Below, one piece after another: positions 23,301 to 36,000 of a stretch of 64,000 nucleotides of DNA (position 1 is the stretch's first letter; each line of letters begins with the position of its first letter). This DNA comes from Zootoca vivipara (Eukaryota): assembly GCF_963506605.1 (NCBI RefSeq), contig NC_083288.1:32984001-33048000 (forward strand), given 5' to 3'. Under the pieces are notes generated by a model that did no database searches, was not told the origin of the DNA, and was given only the letters and a program-made list of their open reading frames with translations. Position numbers and translations under genes: made by a program.

Positions 23301-26300
23301 TTGGGCTCACTGTGGTTGACAATGACAGTGGAGAAAGATTTGTACAAAATGTGCTCCCAATGTTTTCAGACAGAGGTATTTGTTTTGCCTTTCTAGAAAC
23401 AATCCCCAAATTTAGTTTTCTCACTGAAGGACTCACCCTGATGCAACAGGGGGCAAAAATACATGATAGAGTGATGGGTAACAAAGCCAATGTTGTGGTG
23501 GCCTATGGAGAAGCTTCTACCACTATATTTTTGAGATGGCTTCCATATCTATCAATGCTTGGGAGCATGAAAACAAATGTAAAAGGTAAAGTATGGATAT
23601 TTACAGCCCAATTTGAGTTCATTTCATTGGCATTTCAACGAGATTGGGATGCAGAAATATTCAATGGTGGCATATCCTTCAGAATTCATTCCAATAATCT
23701 ACCTGGATTTCATCAATATGTTGAGGAGAGGAACCCTTTCAATGCAGAAGGTGATGATTTCATCTGGGATTTCTGGCAACATGCCTTTGGCTGCGTATTC
23801 CCACATCGTGTTCTGGATGATGTGATGGGGGATATCTGCACAGGAATGGAGAATTTAGAGAACCTTCCTGCATCTCTCTTTGAAATGGAAGTGCAAGGTC
23901 TAAGCTACAGCATCTACAATGCTGTCCATGCTGTTGCCCATGCATTGCATGCCATGTTCTTACGAAGACTCAGATACCCAGGAATGGTGGATGGAAGGAG
24001 AGAGAAGCTTCAGAAGCAGCAGTTTTGGCAGGTAAGGGGCAAGAAATCCTTAAGTTGCAAGAGGTGATATATTGTGTGTTTAACTTCACAATTTTTTCTT
24101 CTTTCCTTTATGTCAGAGTAAGTCCCTCTCTGACAGGCAGCAACATAGCAGACACAGAGAGGCAAGGGGGAGGCAGTGAGGAATTCCAAAGGGAGAGGGA
24201 AGAAGCAGGAAGCAGGAAGCAGGAGTGATCTGACCTTTGTGCACAAAGGACAGTGTGGAAATAGGCAGCCAGAAAATTCTGATAATGACACAGAAGCAGA
24301 AGAGATAAGGAAAGCAGAATCTCCCAAAATTCGAAGGCAAACAAAGCTAGCTGAAAGGAGGTGGAAGGGGAGAAAGAAAAAGTGGAGGCTTTCCTGTTGG
24401 GGCAGGAAAGGGTGGCGCTCAGTCTCAGCACCTGGAAGGTCCAGTGAGGACTGAATTATCTGAGCTCTATCCGGAGTTGTTAATGGAGCAATAAATCTGA
24501 AATAATTAAATGCCGGAGACTTGTCTCGTGTGTGTGTGTGTGTGTGTGTGTGTGATGGGAGAGAGACCTGACATTTTACGTATACTTTCCAGATATGCAA
24601 CTGCATTGTTCTGTAACAGTATCTAAAACACAGACACTTGATTTGAGAGTTTTTCAAATTTTGCACAAGGCTCCTTGTTCTGTATGCACAGTAAATACTG
24701 TATACTGGCAATTCTGCTGATTTTTGTAGCATCTCTGTTTGCACTCCCTCAGTCCTAATGCATGAACGTATCTATTGTGCCTTCTCTCTTGTATTCCACA
24801 TAAATACACTCATGCACAGATACACAGAGAGATGTTTATTTACTCCAAGGTTGTTTACCTATTCACACACCTTTTCATTTCTTTTCTCAATATCAGCCCA
24901 ATTACAAATACGATCTCATTCACTATAAGAAAGCCAACCACTTGAAATACAATTAGTCTTTCAGAAAGCCTTTCATTGGCTACAATATAAGCCTAAAGGT
25001 GGCATGCAGAACATTTGGTAGGTATGCACTTTGGGAGGAACAACTGAAAAGCCTTCAATACTGAACATGGACCCTTTGGGGCTGAAGCCACACCCCTCCC
25101 CCACCACTCCACACCAGTTAAAACCAACAGGATTTCAAGACACACACATCTAAGCCTACATGCAGTGCTAATGGAGAGTGGAGTATAGGGAACACTGCAG
25201 GCCATATGTGAACCGCAAATAGGCTACATGTATGTTGCAGACAGAGGCCGCCCCCTACCCTAGATCTCTTTTTGAAGCAATCAGATCCACCCTTTTCTAA
25301 ATGCTTGCCTCCTCTCTTTTAAATCTAGCTCCATCATTTTCTGAGAGGTGTCTCATTTAACAACAGCGCTGGAGACGTGGTGTCCTTCAATCAGAACTGG
25401 GAGGTAATATCTAGCTTGGATGTTATCAACTGGGTTATTTCCTCCAACCAGTCCTTTCATAGGGTAAACATTGGGAGGATGGATCCTGAGGCTCCTCCAG
25501 ACCAAGCCTTCACCCTTCATGAAGAAGCCATAACATGGCATGGATGGTTTAATCAGGTAGAGTCACATTGTTAGCTAATTTAAAAGAGATTCATTCTTGA
25601 GTGAGCAATTGCTATTTGCCTTGATGTCAAAGATTAAATTTTAATTGAGAATCAGAAAAACTTACAAAATTCTCTTCTTCTTTTTTTACTGGATGTAAAT
25701 TCATGTATTTGCTCAGGATATAATTGCACACATTTTCAATCCTAAAGGGGTGTAATATGGTGCGATCTGGTAAAATATTGTATGTATAATATCTCCTATG
25801 TTTTCATTGTTTTAATACGGATGATGATGAATTACTCTCTGCAGAGGTGATCCGGGGCTTACTGAAATGCTGTGATATTTTAGCAACATAGGGAGGGTCT
25901 CCAGAACCTGACTGGTTCCAGACTCATTTTTCTCATTTTTCTCCTCCATTTACTGATTAGGTTCGGCCTCTTTCTGTCTGCACTGAGAATTGTCATGCAG
26001 GATCAAGGAAGAAAGTGAAGGAAGGAGAACAGTTTTGCTGCTATGATTGCATCCCATGCCCAGAGGGAAAGATTTCAAACCAGGACGGTAAGAGAAATAT
26101 GCAGAAATTTGGATACAGAAGCCGTACAGTGGTACCTCAGGTTAAGTATTTAATTGGTTCTGGAAGTCCGTTCTTAACCTGAAGCAAACTTTCCCATTGA
26201 AAGTAATGGAAAGTGGATTAATCCGTTCCAGACGATGAAAAACACCCCCTAAAACAGCAATTTAACACGAATTTTATTGTCTAACGAGACCATTGATCCA

Positions 26301-27987
26301 TAAAATGAAGGCAATAATCAATGTACTGTGCTATAAAATAAATAAGACAGTATTTTAGATTTTTTCTTATGTTTTTTCTTATGTGCACTGATGATAGTTT
26401 TTATCCATTTCTGCAGTCACACAATCACCCAGTAGCTGAACTGGGTTCCACACAGTCACAAGCCTCAGTTACAAAAGCGAAGTCACAAGTCAGTCCCATG
26501 AAATGAAGAACAAGTCACATTCAAAAAACCAAAAAAAAATAAAGTCACACAAACCAAAACGCAAAAAAATCACAGTTCTCTTGCCTTTGCTGCTTTTCTT
26601 CATACCAGCAGTCCCAGGAAGCTGAACTGGGCTCTACATGATCCCCAAAGCAATGACAGAAGGCAGAACCCCCCAGAAGTCCCCCAAACAAAGGCACAAA
26701 GCAGAGCAAAGGCACAGGGCAGACTCACATAAACAAATCCCAAAATCCCTTGCAGAATCCCAGGGTAGGTGGGCTTACCTGGCTAGGTGCCACCCATCTT
26801 GCTACAGCTGGGGGTGGGGCAAGGGTTGGTAAAGGGCTTTTTGGCCCAGGCTCACCTTTGTTTCTTAACAGCTTCTCTTTGTCTTCACTAGGTAAGTGTT
26901 CCTTACCTAACTTTGGGGCTGGGATGTGACCTGCTGGGCATCCTGTGGATGTCGGGGCCTGGCTCTGGGCTGTTGTGAAGGCCTCGGAGGCCTCCCGCGG
27001 TTGGAGCCCAGTCGTGGAGCCTCCACAGGCCCCACAGATGTCAGCGCTTGGCTCCAGGCATTTGCAGAGGTCTCCCGTGGCTGGAACCCAGTTGCGGAGC
27101 CTCCGCAAGCCCCGCAAATGTCAGGGCTTGGCTCCAGGCATTCGTGGCAAGGCCTAGGAGAGGTTTTACTGTACTTTGGGTTACTTCCGGGTTACAATCG
27201 TTCATAACCCGAAAATAGGTAACCCGAAGTGTTCGTATCCCGAGGTACCACTTTTCTTCCATTGATGTTTACAGGGCGTTTGTTAGAGAATGTCTTATTA
27301 AGCAGTCATGGGGTGGGCAGCTGTTGTTGCCCATCATGAAAGGCCCACATCCCTAGAGAGCAATGCTGGGGTCAAGCGGCCACCTATCAGGGAGCTCCCT
27401 GGTCACCACTCTGGATTTTTGAGATATACCATCATCTGGACATTCAATTCCAGCCACCTGGTCTTACCAAGTGGGTGGGGCTTTAAACTGTTAGTCCTCA
27501 GGGACTGTAGTCGGCTGAAGAACCACTCTTCCTGCCCACCCTATTCACTGATGCTGTGGGTTTGTTCTTTTGTTAATCTTTTTTCTTTCTAAGGAACTGT
27601 GTTTATTGGCTTATGCTTCCCGTAATCAGATCCAGGAAGGAATTTGGCCCCTTTTGCCGGTTTTGCCTTCCCCATAGCAATAGTAGATCAAACCTATCCA
27701 TTCTTAAGGAAATCAGCCCTGAGTGCTCACTGGAAGGACAGATCCTGAAGCTGAGGCTCCAATACTTTGGCCACCTCATGAGAAGAGAAGACTCCATGGA
27801 AAAGACCCTGATGTTGGGAAAGATGGAGGGCACAAGGAGGAGGGGACGACAGAGGACAAGCTGGTTGGACAGTGTTCTCGAAGCTACAAACATGAGTTTG
27901 AACAAGCTGCGGGGGGCAGTGCAAGACAGGAGTTGCCTGCGTGCTCTGGTCCATGGGGTCACGAAGAGTCGGACACGACTAAACGAC

Positions 27988-28026
<39 letters not shown>

Positions 28027-30171
28027 TAATAATAGTCACAACTTTGGCAGGGAAGGCATTGTGTAGACTCCTTCTAGTCTAACATCCGGGGAAGGGGGGG
28101 GGTGAAGTGATGCACAAACCCCACCTAAGATCTGTGTGATACTGTAACAGGATACCCTGTTAGAGTGGTCTAGTTGGAAGTCTATGTCCCAAACCAAGGC
28201 ATGAAGCAGATGGTCCATAGAGGTTTCTTCACCAACCTGGGAGAGTGTGGGGGATATATACCCTATCACTAAGCAAAGTCCAACCTACATCTGGAATCAA
28301 TAAAGTTGTGTCTAAAATTAAATCCCAGACAATTGTCCTGTCCAGTCATTTCACCTTCACAGGTGAGGAGGGGTCACGGTGAGTGGGTCCACAATAAGCA
28401 GAGTTTGCAAGGCAAAATTAGCTGTTGGTTGTGGATTCATTCTGCTTAGTTTGTGGGAATATTAGAAAAGCTTGCATCAAGCAAATGTAAATCTTAAATG
28501 TTCTAGTGTAATTCCAAATCACATTCCTTACTGTAAAATGTCTGTGCATTTTGAGGTGGAACTTTCTTATGCGAGAGCTCCAAATTCAATTTAATAGCAC
28601 CTTATGGCATGTCATCTTAGGGAATGAAACTTAATTTTACAAGTTTCGTTAATAAAGATAAGTTTTCAGGTGTCAGGAATTCAAATATGCTATTATCTTT
28701 GTGACTGGACAACAATTAGCTTCGTAAGTCTACATTTGAATAAAAAGCTTATAAAATGCTTTGGGAAAATCAAAGAATTTTAACTTCACCTTCTGAATAT
28801 GTCAAATAATGCTAAATAATAATAAAATTAAATAAATTCTGTATATAATATTAATATATAATATAACTTCAAGTACAGTACTTGAAAGTCATTTTTAATG
28901 AATTTATGTATTTTTACAAACATTTTACTATGGGAATATTAACTTAACCAAAATATCTCTTGAATTCCCAAGTCATGTTACAGCTTTTGAGCACCCCTCA
29001 TTTCGGCATTTGAAAGATGAAAAATTCAACATGCCCCAAATAATATCACAATGATGCCTTTAGAGCACAAGATGCTGCACCATGTAGCTCTCTCTACCAA
29101 TTAGGCCACCACCTAGCCCAATTACATAGGATGAGAGAGCACAGAATATGTTTTCTGGTTGGGAGAGATCCTTATATTCTGAGTGAGCAAAAAAATAATA
29201 ATAATGAAGGATGTTGATGTGATTGATGGAATGTGTATGAGCTGGAGACTGTACCTTTCTTTTTTCCAGATATGAGTGACTGTGATAAATGCTCAGACAA
29301 AGACTATCCAAGCAAGAACCGAGATGCATGTCTTCCCAAGGATGTAAGCTTCTTGTCTCATGAAGAACCTTTGGGCATCAGTTTAGTCTGCTTGGCGCTT
29401 TCATTTTCTCTGATCACAGCTCTGGTGCTGGGTACATTTATGAAGCACCATGACACTCCCATAGTCATTGCAAACAACAGGAACCTCACCTACACTCTCC
29501 TCATTTCTCTCCTGCTCTGCTTCCTTTGTGCACTGCTCTTCCTTGGCCAACCTGAGAAGGTGACCTGTCTCCTGCGACAAACCGCTTTTGGCATCATCTT
29601 CTCAGTGGCTGTTTCTTGTGTATTGGCAAAAACCACCACTGTGGTTCTGGCTTTCATGGCCACCAAACCTGGATCCAGGATGAGGAGATGGGTGGGGAAG
29701 GGACTGGCCAACACCATTGTCCTTTCCTGCTCCTTTGTCCAGGCTGGGATCTGTACTGTGTGGCTGGCAACCTCTCCCCCATTTCCTGATATAGACAGTT
29801 ACTCAGTAGCTAAAGAAATCATACTAGAATGCAATGAGGGGTCTGTGGTGATGTTTTACTGTGCTCTGAGCTATATGGGCTTCCTGGCCATTATTAGTTT
29901 AATTGTTGCTTTCCTTGCCAGGAAATTACCTGACAGCTTCAATGAAGCCAAGTTCATCAGTTTCAGCATGTTGGTGTTTTGCAGTGTTTGGCTCTCCTTT
30001 ATTCCATCCTACCTGAGCACCAAAGGAAAATACATGGTTGCTGTGGAGATCTTCTCTATTTTAGCCTCTGGTGCTGGACTGCTGGGTTGCATCTTTTCCC
30101 CAAAATGTTATATTATTGTGTTCAGGCCTCAGTTGAACAACAGGGAGCAGCTAATAAGGAAGAAAAACTAA
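20175..30171 (+). CDS. V2R gene C, complete (875 aa)
   Basis: Exons 20175-20392, 22142-22433, 23171-24031, 25329-25556, 25961-26087, 29270-30171; GT-AG, open frame. Confidence 0.93.
20963..21312 (-). mobile_element. Solo LTR in gene C intron 1
   Basis: Inverted termini TGTTGTG...CACAACA; TSD tgtac/cgtac; minus-strand AATAAA; empty site in gene B (~6690). Confidence 0.8.
22142..22433 (+). CDS. V2R gene C exon 2
   Basis: 292 nt, GT-AG. Confidence 0.92.
23171..24031 (+). CDS. V2R gene C exon 3
   Basis: 861 nt, GT-AG. Confidence 0.93.
24111..24573 (+). mobile_element. Solo LTR (Gypsy-like) in gene C intron 3
   Basis: TGTCAG...CTGACA termini; AATAAA at ~24490; flanks cttta/tttta. Confidence 0.75.
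25329..25556 (+). CDS. V2R gene C exon 4
   Basis: 228 nt, GT-AG. Confidence 0.9.
25961..26087 (+). CDS. V2R gene C exon 5
   Basis: 127 nt; [11 protein letters not shown]. Confidence 0.92.
26127..27253. mobile_element. Mariner/Tigger-type non-autonomous element (~1.1 kb) with a GC-rich internal tandem repeat
   Basis: cagtggtacctcagg...cccgaggtaccact; empty site in gene B (gcagtacttccattgatg, ~11270). Confidence 0.75.
27685..28030 (+). mobile_element. Bov-B 3' fragment with (CAA)n tail
   Basis: Encodes ...[11 protein letters not shown]; TSD aatagt. Confidence 0.9.
29270..30171 (+). CDS. V2R gene C exon 6 (7TM)
   Basis: 902 nt; 7TM motifs. Confidence 0.95.
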
Positions 30172-32417
30172 AGAATGAATCAAAGAAAGAAAGTCTGTTG
30201 TTTGCTCATCAAAAGGGACTATGTGTATGTTTCTTTCTGTATATACAGTAGAACATTTGTACATACCTTTAAGCCTTTCACTGTTGTCTTATTCTCTTGG
30301 CGGCGGCAGGGGGGGGATCAATTGGAATCTACAAAAGCACAGAAAAGCTCCTTCCTTAAAAGCTACGGTTGCAACCTTCAAATCTAGATGAAGGCAATTA
30401 ATTCCTACCCAGTCCACACTTTCTTCTCTTATCTACAAAAATAAAATCACTTGGAATAATGAATTCAGTCTACAAAAGCACAAAGAAGAGTCTTTCTTAT
30501 AAACTACAGTTGCATTTTTCAAATCTAAAGGGAAGCAACTAATATTTCAAGGAGTGGGGTGAGGAAAGGAATGGCAGGCAGCAGAGCTTTGAGCAATAGG
30601 GATTTTTTTTTAAAAAAACCACCATGTTGCACTTGGGCAGTTCCAGCCTTTTTTCCATTGGGGAAGATGTTAATACCATATGGCCAAAATAAGCAGGACG
30701 GGGGCAGGTGAAGGATGAGGATAATTGTGCTGGTTGTGAGGTTTTAGAAACCATCGCTAACAGTTATGAATTGGTATGAAGTGTGATCTCTGCCCAGTGG
30801 TTTAACTCAGGATTTTTACTACCACCAATATTATTTATTTATTTATTTATTTAATTTCATTGTCTATATTTATACTCTGAGGAACAAAGCATAATATGAA
30901 GCCATGGCTTGCTGTTGCTCATGGCTTGCTATTTGCTCATGTGGTTTGGTTTTGCCTGTGAACTCAGCACAGTCTCCTGATCATTGATGGTCTCTTCCTA
31001 GCCTAATGATACCTACAAAGTGGCAAAAGAATAAGGCATGAACAGCTACGAAGGGGAAAAAGGGAATGTCAGAAAAACAAGCTTTGAGCTTTTTTACTGC
31101 ACAATTAGGTGGGGAACAGGTCCAGGCTTCTGTTCTGCACATTTAGTATGAAAAGTAACAGAAATAATACCCCCAATAATTTGGCTTCTGTTAATTAGGT
31201 TTGGTTTTCACCAGTTATTCTTCCATCAGCCTGTGTATATCCAAATTGAATTAAGATACACCTGAACTAGAAAGGGTTTTCTTAAAAGAGAAAATGCCCC
31301 AAAGTGCTTCAGAGGTCCCTGCGTCAGTTTGAGATGTTTGGCAAGAACCTACTTCTGCTCAGCTGCGTGATTCCATTTCTTAACTCAGAATCTGTAGGGC
31401 AGGGTGCGGGGTTGCACACGAACGCCTAATTTCCCATGGGACTTTGAAACAGCCATTCCCTTATTTTAATACCTTCTAGGCTTTCTTTCTGAGGTGTGGG
31501 CTGCATTCATAGCATAAAGAACTATAGTACCTTGTTGGTTCATTTAGCTCAGGATTGTCTGAGCCAGTGTCCCAAGGCCGTTGAGAACTTGATAAGGGGC
31601 AATAAACTGAATCTTGGGAAGACAGGTGTTCCATGCATCCAGACGACAGGCCTCCTGCTTGTCTGGTATTAATCTGCACTCCAGCAGGTTCATATCTTCG
31701 CAATACTCTTGGATATGTCTTAATCATGAGAGGGCCAAATGACCCCGGTGGCTAAGAATGGATTGCACCAGCTTCACTCGATACACCATCTACAGCTGTA
31801 TATGGATTGGAATCATTTAGGTACAGTACACAATGCATCATAACAGCATCTCCAGAGTTCTTAGAAATTGGCTAATGTAAATATCAGTTTTCCATTTATG
31901 TATAAAATAGCAATTTAATGAACAATCTTCGTGAATAGTTCATTTTGTATCCAGTTGATTTCAAGTAAGTTGTGGAAATTCCTTCCCACAATTTCCTAGC
32001 ATCCAAAGGGATAGGTTACATCACAAAAGGGTCATATTGAAAAACTGAGTTATTGTGGCATTGAAAGTAGCAACAATATCTGTTTGTATGTTTAAAAAAC
32101 TGGGGCAGGGCTTAGAAAAAGATACAGAAGCAACTTTTCTTTCTATACTTTGTATACATTATGTTGGCAATAACATTTTACCAGGAAGATCAACCCAATC
32201 AAGAAAAAAGTTGCTTTTTGCTCTACTTGTGGAACATAATTATCTCCAGAGTCAGTCAATCTTTTTATTACAGTCAATGATAAGTATTCAGTATTTCCTC
32301 CTTAGCCTTTTGGCTAAGATCATGCAAAACATCCAATTTGTTTCATAATGTGGGTCATTCCAATCACAAGAGTCTCTTGCCATCTAACTGTGCAGAAAGG
32401 AACTATTTCCATTCTGA

Positions 32418-32809
32418 TGTGACAAACATGTTTTCTTCAGCAATTCCCAGAAGAAATCCCCATATCTGAACAGGAGATTTCCTCATTCATTAAATCTGAA
32501 AAGCACCAATTTTAGTGCTCATCCATCCCACTGTGGAATTTCAGTTGCCATGAACAAAACAAATTGCAAAGACACTGAAGAATATACAAATATGTCCGCC
32601 ACCATTTACAGCCAAGGGGGTGGGGACCAAGAACAATAATCTGTTGTGATCTCTGATTCTTTGCACAATTGACCCTAAAGTTCATGGCTTTGAAGAGAAT
32701 GAACTGTCATTGAGGCAAGAAGTTCTCATCACAGATACTCTAACGATTGTACTATTGCCAACAACAGAGGAATCTGTGTTCAGATAGAATATTTACCATT
32801 CCATTGAGG
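32418..32809 (+). promoter_or_regulatory. Conserved upstream block of V2R gene D
   Basis: Paralogous to 5548-5933. Confidence 0.55.
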
Positions 32810-33027
32810 ATGGTAGTTTTAGTGGTCTTGCTGCTGGCTCTGTTTCCTCACATGGCACAGGAGGCCCACACCATTAAATGCAGGGTTCAGTATCTACACC
32901 ACCCACTTCACAAGTATCATCAGCCAGGAGATTTCATCATTGGTGGCATAGCTTCTCTCGGAGCCTTTATTTTCAGTTCAGCAACTTTCACTGAAGAACC
33001 CCCACCTGCATTGTCTGAAGAGCTTGC
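32810..33027 (+). CDS. V2R gene D exon 1
   Basis: 218 nt; signal peptide. Confidence 0.88.
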
Positions 33028-36000
33028 GTAAGAACTTGTATTGTGTCTGTTTTTATTTCCATTTTGTCGTTCCATTTAGTTAAAAGGGATATCTCTGAGT
33101 AGACATGAGAAAGGATTTTGTTCCTCTTCACATACCCTGCAGAAGCAGTTAACATGACCAAGGGAATCTCCACAGCGAAATGCAAGTGGGGTTTTTTTTA
33201 TTATAGAATGTATTTGTTTACTTAAAAACACCAACTTTGTCCACTTCCTTTTGATTCTTTCTCTTACTTTTTTCTCTCTTATCCCAAGTTCCCCTTTGTT
33301 TTCTGCTCATCTTGTGTCCCCTTTCTGTTTCCATTCTTCCAACTCTCATTTTGTGGTTCAGCAGTTTTCATAGACACTCCTGAGAGTAGTTCCCCAAATA
33401 GCTACAATTTTCAGAGTTCTCTGAAAAGAGGGCTTGACTATGAAATTGCTCTCACTACCCCTAACAAAGAGCAGCTTCCAGTATTCTTTGTGGATGCCAA
33501 TACTGTTTAAAGTGGTATCATAGCACTGTAAATGTATGATTTGAATGTGGCCTTTGAAAGACTGATCACCACATGGTTTTAAGTCTAGGCAAGGATTTGA
33601 AACTAGACCTTCCCTTTCTAGTCCAATGCCCTAATCACTGAAACTTGTTAAATTTTCCTCCTCGATAATGAAGCTTCCAAGCAAACATATGTCGCTCCCT
33701 TATTTATATTATGTCAGGGAATTTGCTCTCATAAAGCAGTAATAATCTTCTTCTGTGGGCCCAGCAGAAGGTTGTGCTGCCTAATATTTATGTTACTTAA
33801 GCTCTGAAGTAGAACTCTTGTGACTTATGAATGGCACCATCATCACTTTCACACAGCTATCCTGCTTCTTTGATCTTCCTTCTACATCTCTGGTTCACGT
33901 AAAGGTCATGTCAACATGCCTGGTGATGAATGTTGTAGTGTAGTAAGAATTTACAGAATTAAATGTATAGTTGAAATAGTATGAATAGATTAAAGGTATG
34001 AAACAGCTCCTTTATTCTGTCCATTTTGACAAACATTTTTTAAAGGAATCTCACTGAGAAAGTAGAGCATATGGTATTCTGAAGTTGGCATTGTGTACTG
34101 TTTTTTTTCCTTGAAGCCAACTTCAGCTAAAGTCTGCCTCAGAACACATAATATCTAAACGAGATAACAGTAATGAAACTCAAAGATTCATGGCCATTAA
34201 GCAAAAAGCAGAAGGGAAAGAAAATGCACTGTGGTGGGTTTTCTAGAGAAAAGCAGTTTATTCCCTTGTAACAGTCCATGGGATTGTAGTCTTATAGTTT
34301 TATACCCACATACAAGGGAGAAAACCTCAATGAACTCGGAGAACAATGAACTCTTCCTTTCTACATCTCTCAACTAAAGATCTTTTCAAGATGCTTGGTG
34401 CATAGCTGCCAAGTTATCCCTTTTTTAAAGGGATTTTCCCTCATGCTGAATAGGCTTCCTCGCGAGAAAAGGGAAAACTTGGCAGCTATGGCTTGGTGGC
34501 AAGCGCTGTACTAAACTAAAATAATGTGGTGGATTAAATGTATCGTTGTTTGAATGAAATAGCTCTTTTATTCTGTTCATTTTGACAAAGTTTTTTAAAA
34601 AGGAATCTCACCGGGAAAGTATATCATATCATCATAGCTGCCAAGTTTTCCCTTTTCTCACGAGGAAGCCTATTCAGCATAAGGGAATTTCCCTTAAAAA
34701 AAGGGATAACTTGGCAGCTATGCATATCATGTGTTCTGGAGTTGGCGTAGTTTAGTAATATCATAATTTCTTTTTATTTTCCATGCAAAAAGTACACAGG
34801 AGTTTCCAATCTTTAACAAATATTGTTGTTGTTGTTTAGTCGTTTAGTCGTGTCCGACTCTTCGTGACCCCATGGACCATAGCACGCCAGGCACTCCTGT
34901 CTTGCACTGCCTCCCGCAATTTGTTCAAACTCATGTTCGTAGCTTCGAGAACACTGTCCAACCATCTTGTCCTCTGTCGTCCCCTTCTCCTAGTGCCCTC
35001 AATCTTTCCCAACATCAGGGTCTTTTCCAAGGATTCTTCTCTTCTCATGAGGTGGCCAAAGTATTGGAGCCTGAGCTTCACGATCTGTCCTTCCAGGGAG
35101 CACTCAGGGCTGATTTCCTTCAGAATGGATAGGTTTGATCTTCTAGCAGTCCATGGGACTCTCAAGAGTCTCCTCCAGCACCATAATTCAAAAGCATCAA
35201 TTCTTCGGCGATCAGCCTTCTTTATGGTCCAGCTCTCACTTCCATACATCACTACTGGGAAAACCATAGCTTTAACTATACGGACCTTTGTCGGCAAGGT
35301 GATGTCTCTGCTTTTTAAGATGCTGTCTAGGTTTGTCATTGCTTTTCTCCCAAGAAGCAGGCATCTTTTAATTTCGTGACTGCTGTCACCATCTGCAGTG
35401 ATCAAGGAGCCCAAGAAAGTAAAATCTCTCACTGCCTCCATTTCTTCCCCTTCTATTTGCCAGGAGGTGATGGGACCAGTGGCCATGATCTTGGTTTTTT
35501 TGATGTTGAGCTTCAGACCATATTTTGCGCTCTCCTCTTTCACCCTCATTAAAAGGTTCTTTAATTCCTCCTCACTTTCTGCCATCAAGGTTGTGTCATC
35601 TGCATATCTGAGGTTGTTGATATTTCTTCCAGCAATCTTAATTCCGGCTTGGGATTCATCTAGTCCAGCCTTTCGCATGATGAATTCTGCATATAAGTTA
35701 AATAAGCAGGGAGACAATATACAACCTTGTCGTACTCCTTTCCCAATTTTGAACCACTCAGTTGTTCCATATCCAGTTCTAACTGTAGCTTCTTGTCCCA
35801 CATAGAGATTTCTCAGGAGACAGATGAGGTGATCAGGCACTCCCATTTCTTTAAGAACTTGCCATAGTTTGCTGTGGTCGACACAGTCAAAGGCTTTTGC
35901 ATAGTCAATGAAGCAGAAGTAGACGTTTTTCTGGAACTCTCTAGCTTTCTCCATAATCCAGCGCATGTTTGCTATTTGGTCTCTGGTTCCTCTGCCCTTT

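Noticed and set aside
24010-24744. 244-aa minus-strand ORF
   Set aside because: It spans an LTR, a (TG)n tract and intron sequence, has no recognisable domain, and is absent from paralogs.
32055-32348. ~100-aa ORF repeated upstream of D, E and F
   Set aside because: AT-rich with no domain, differing starts and indels between copies, and not preserved upstream of B or C; explained by recent duplication.
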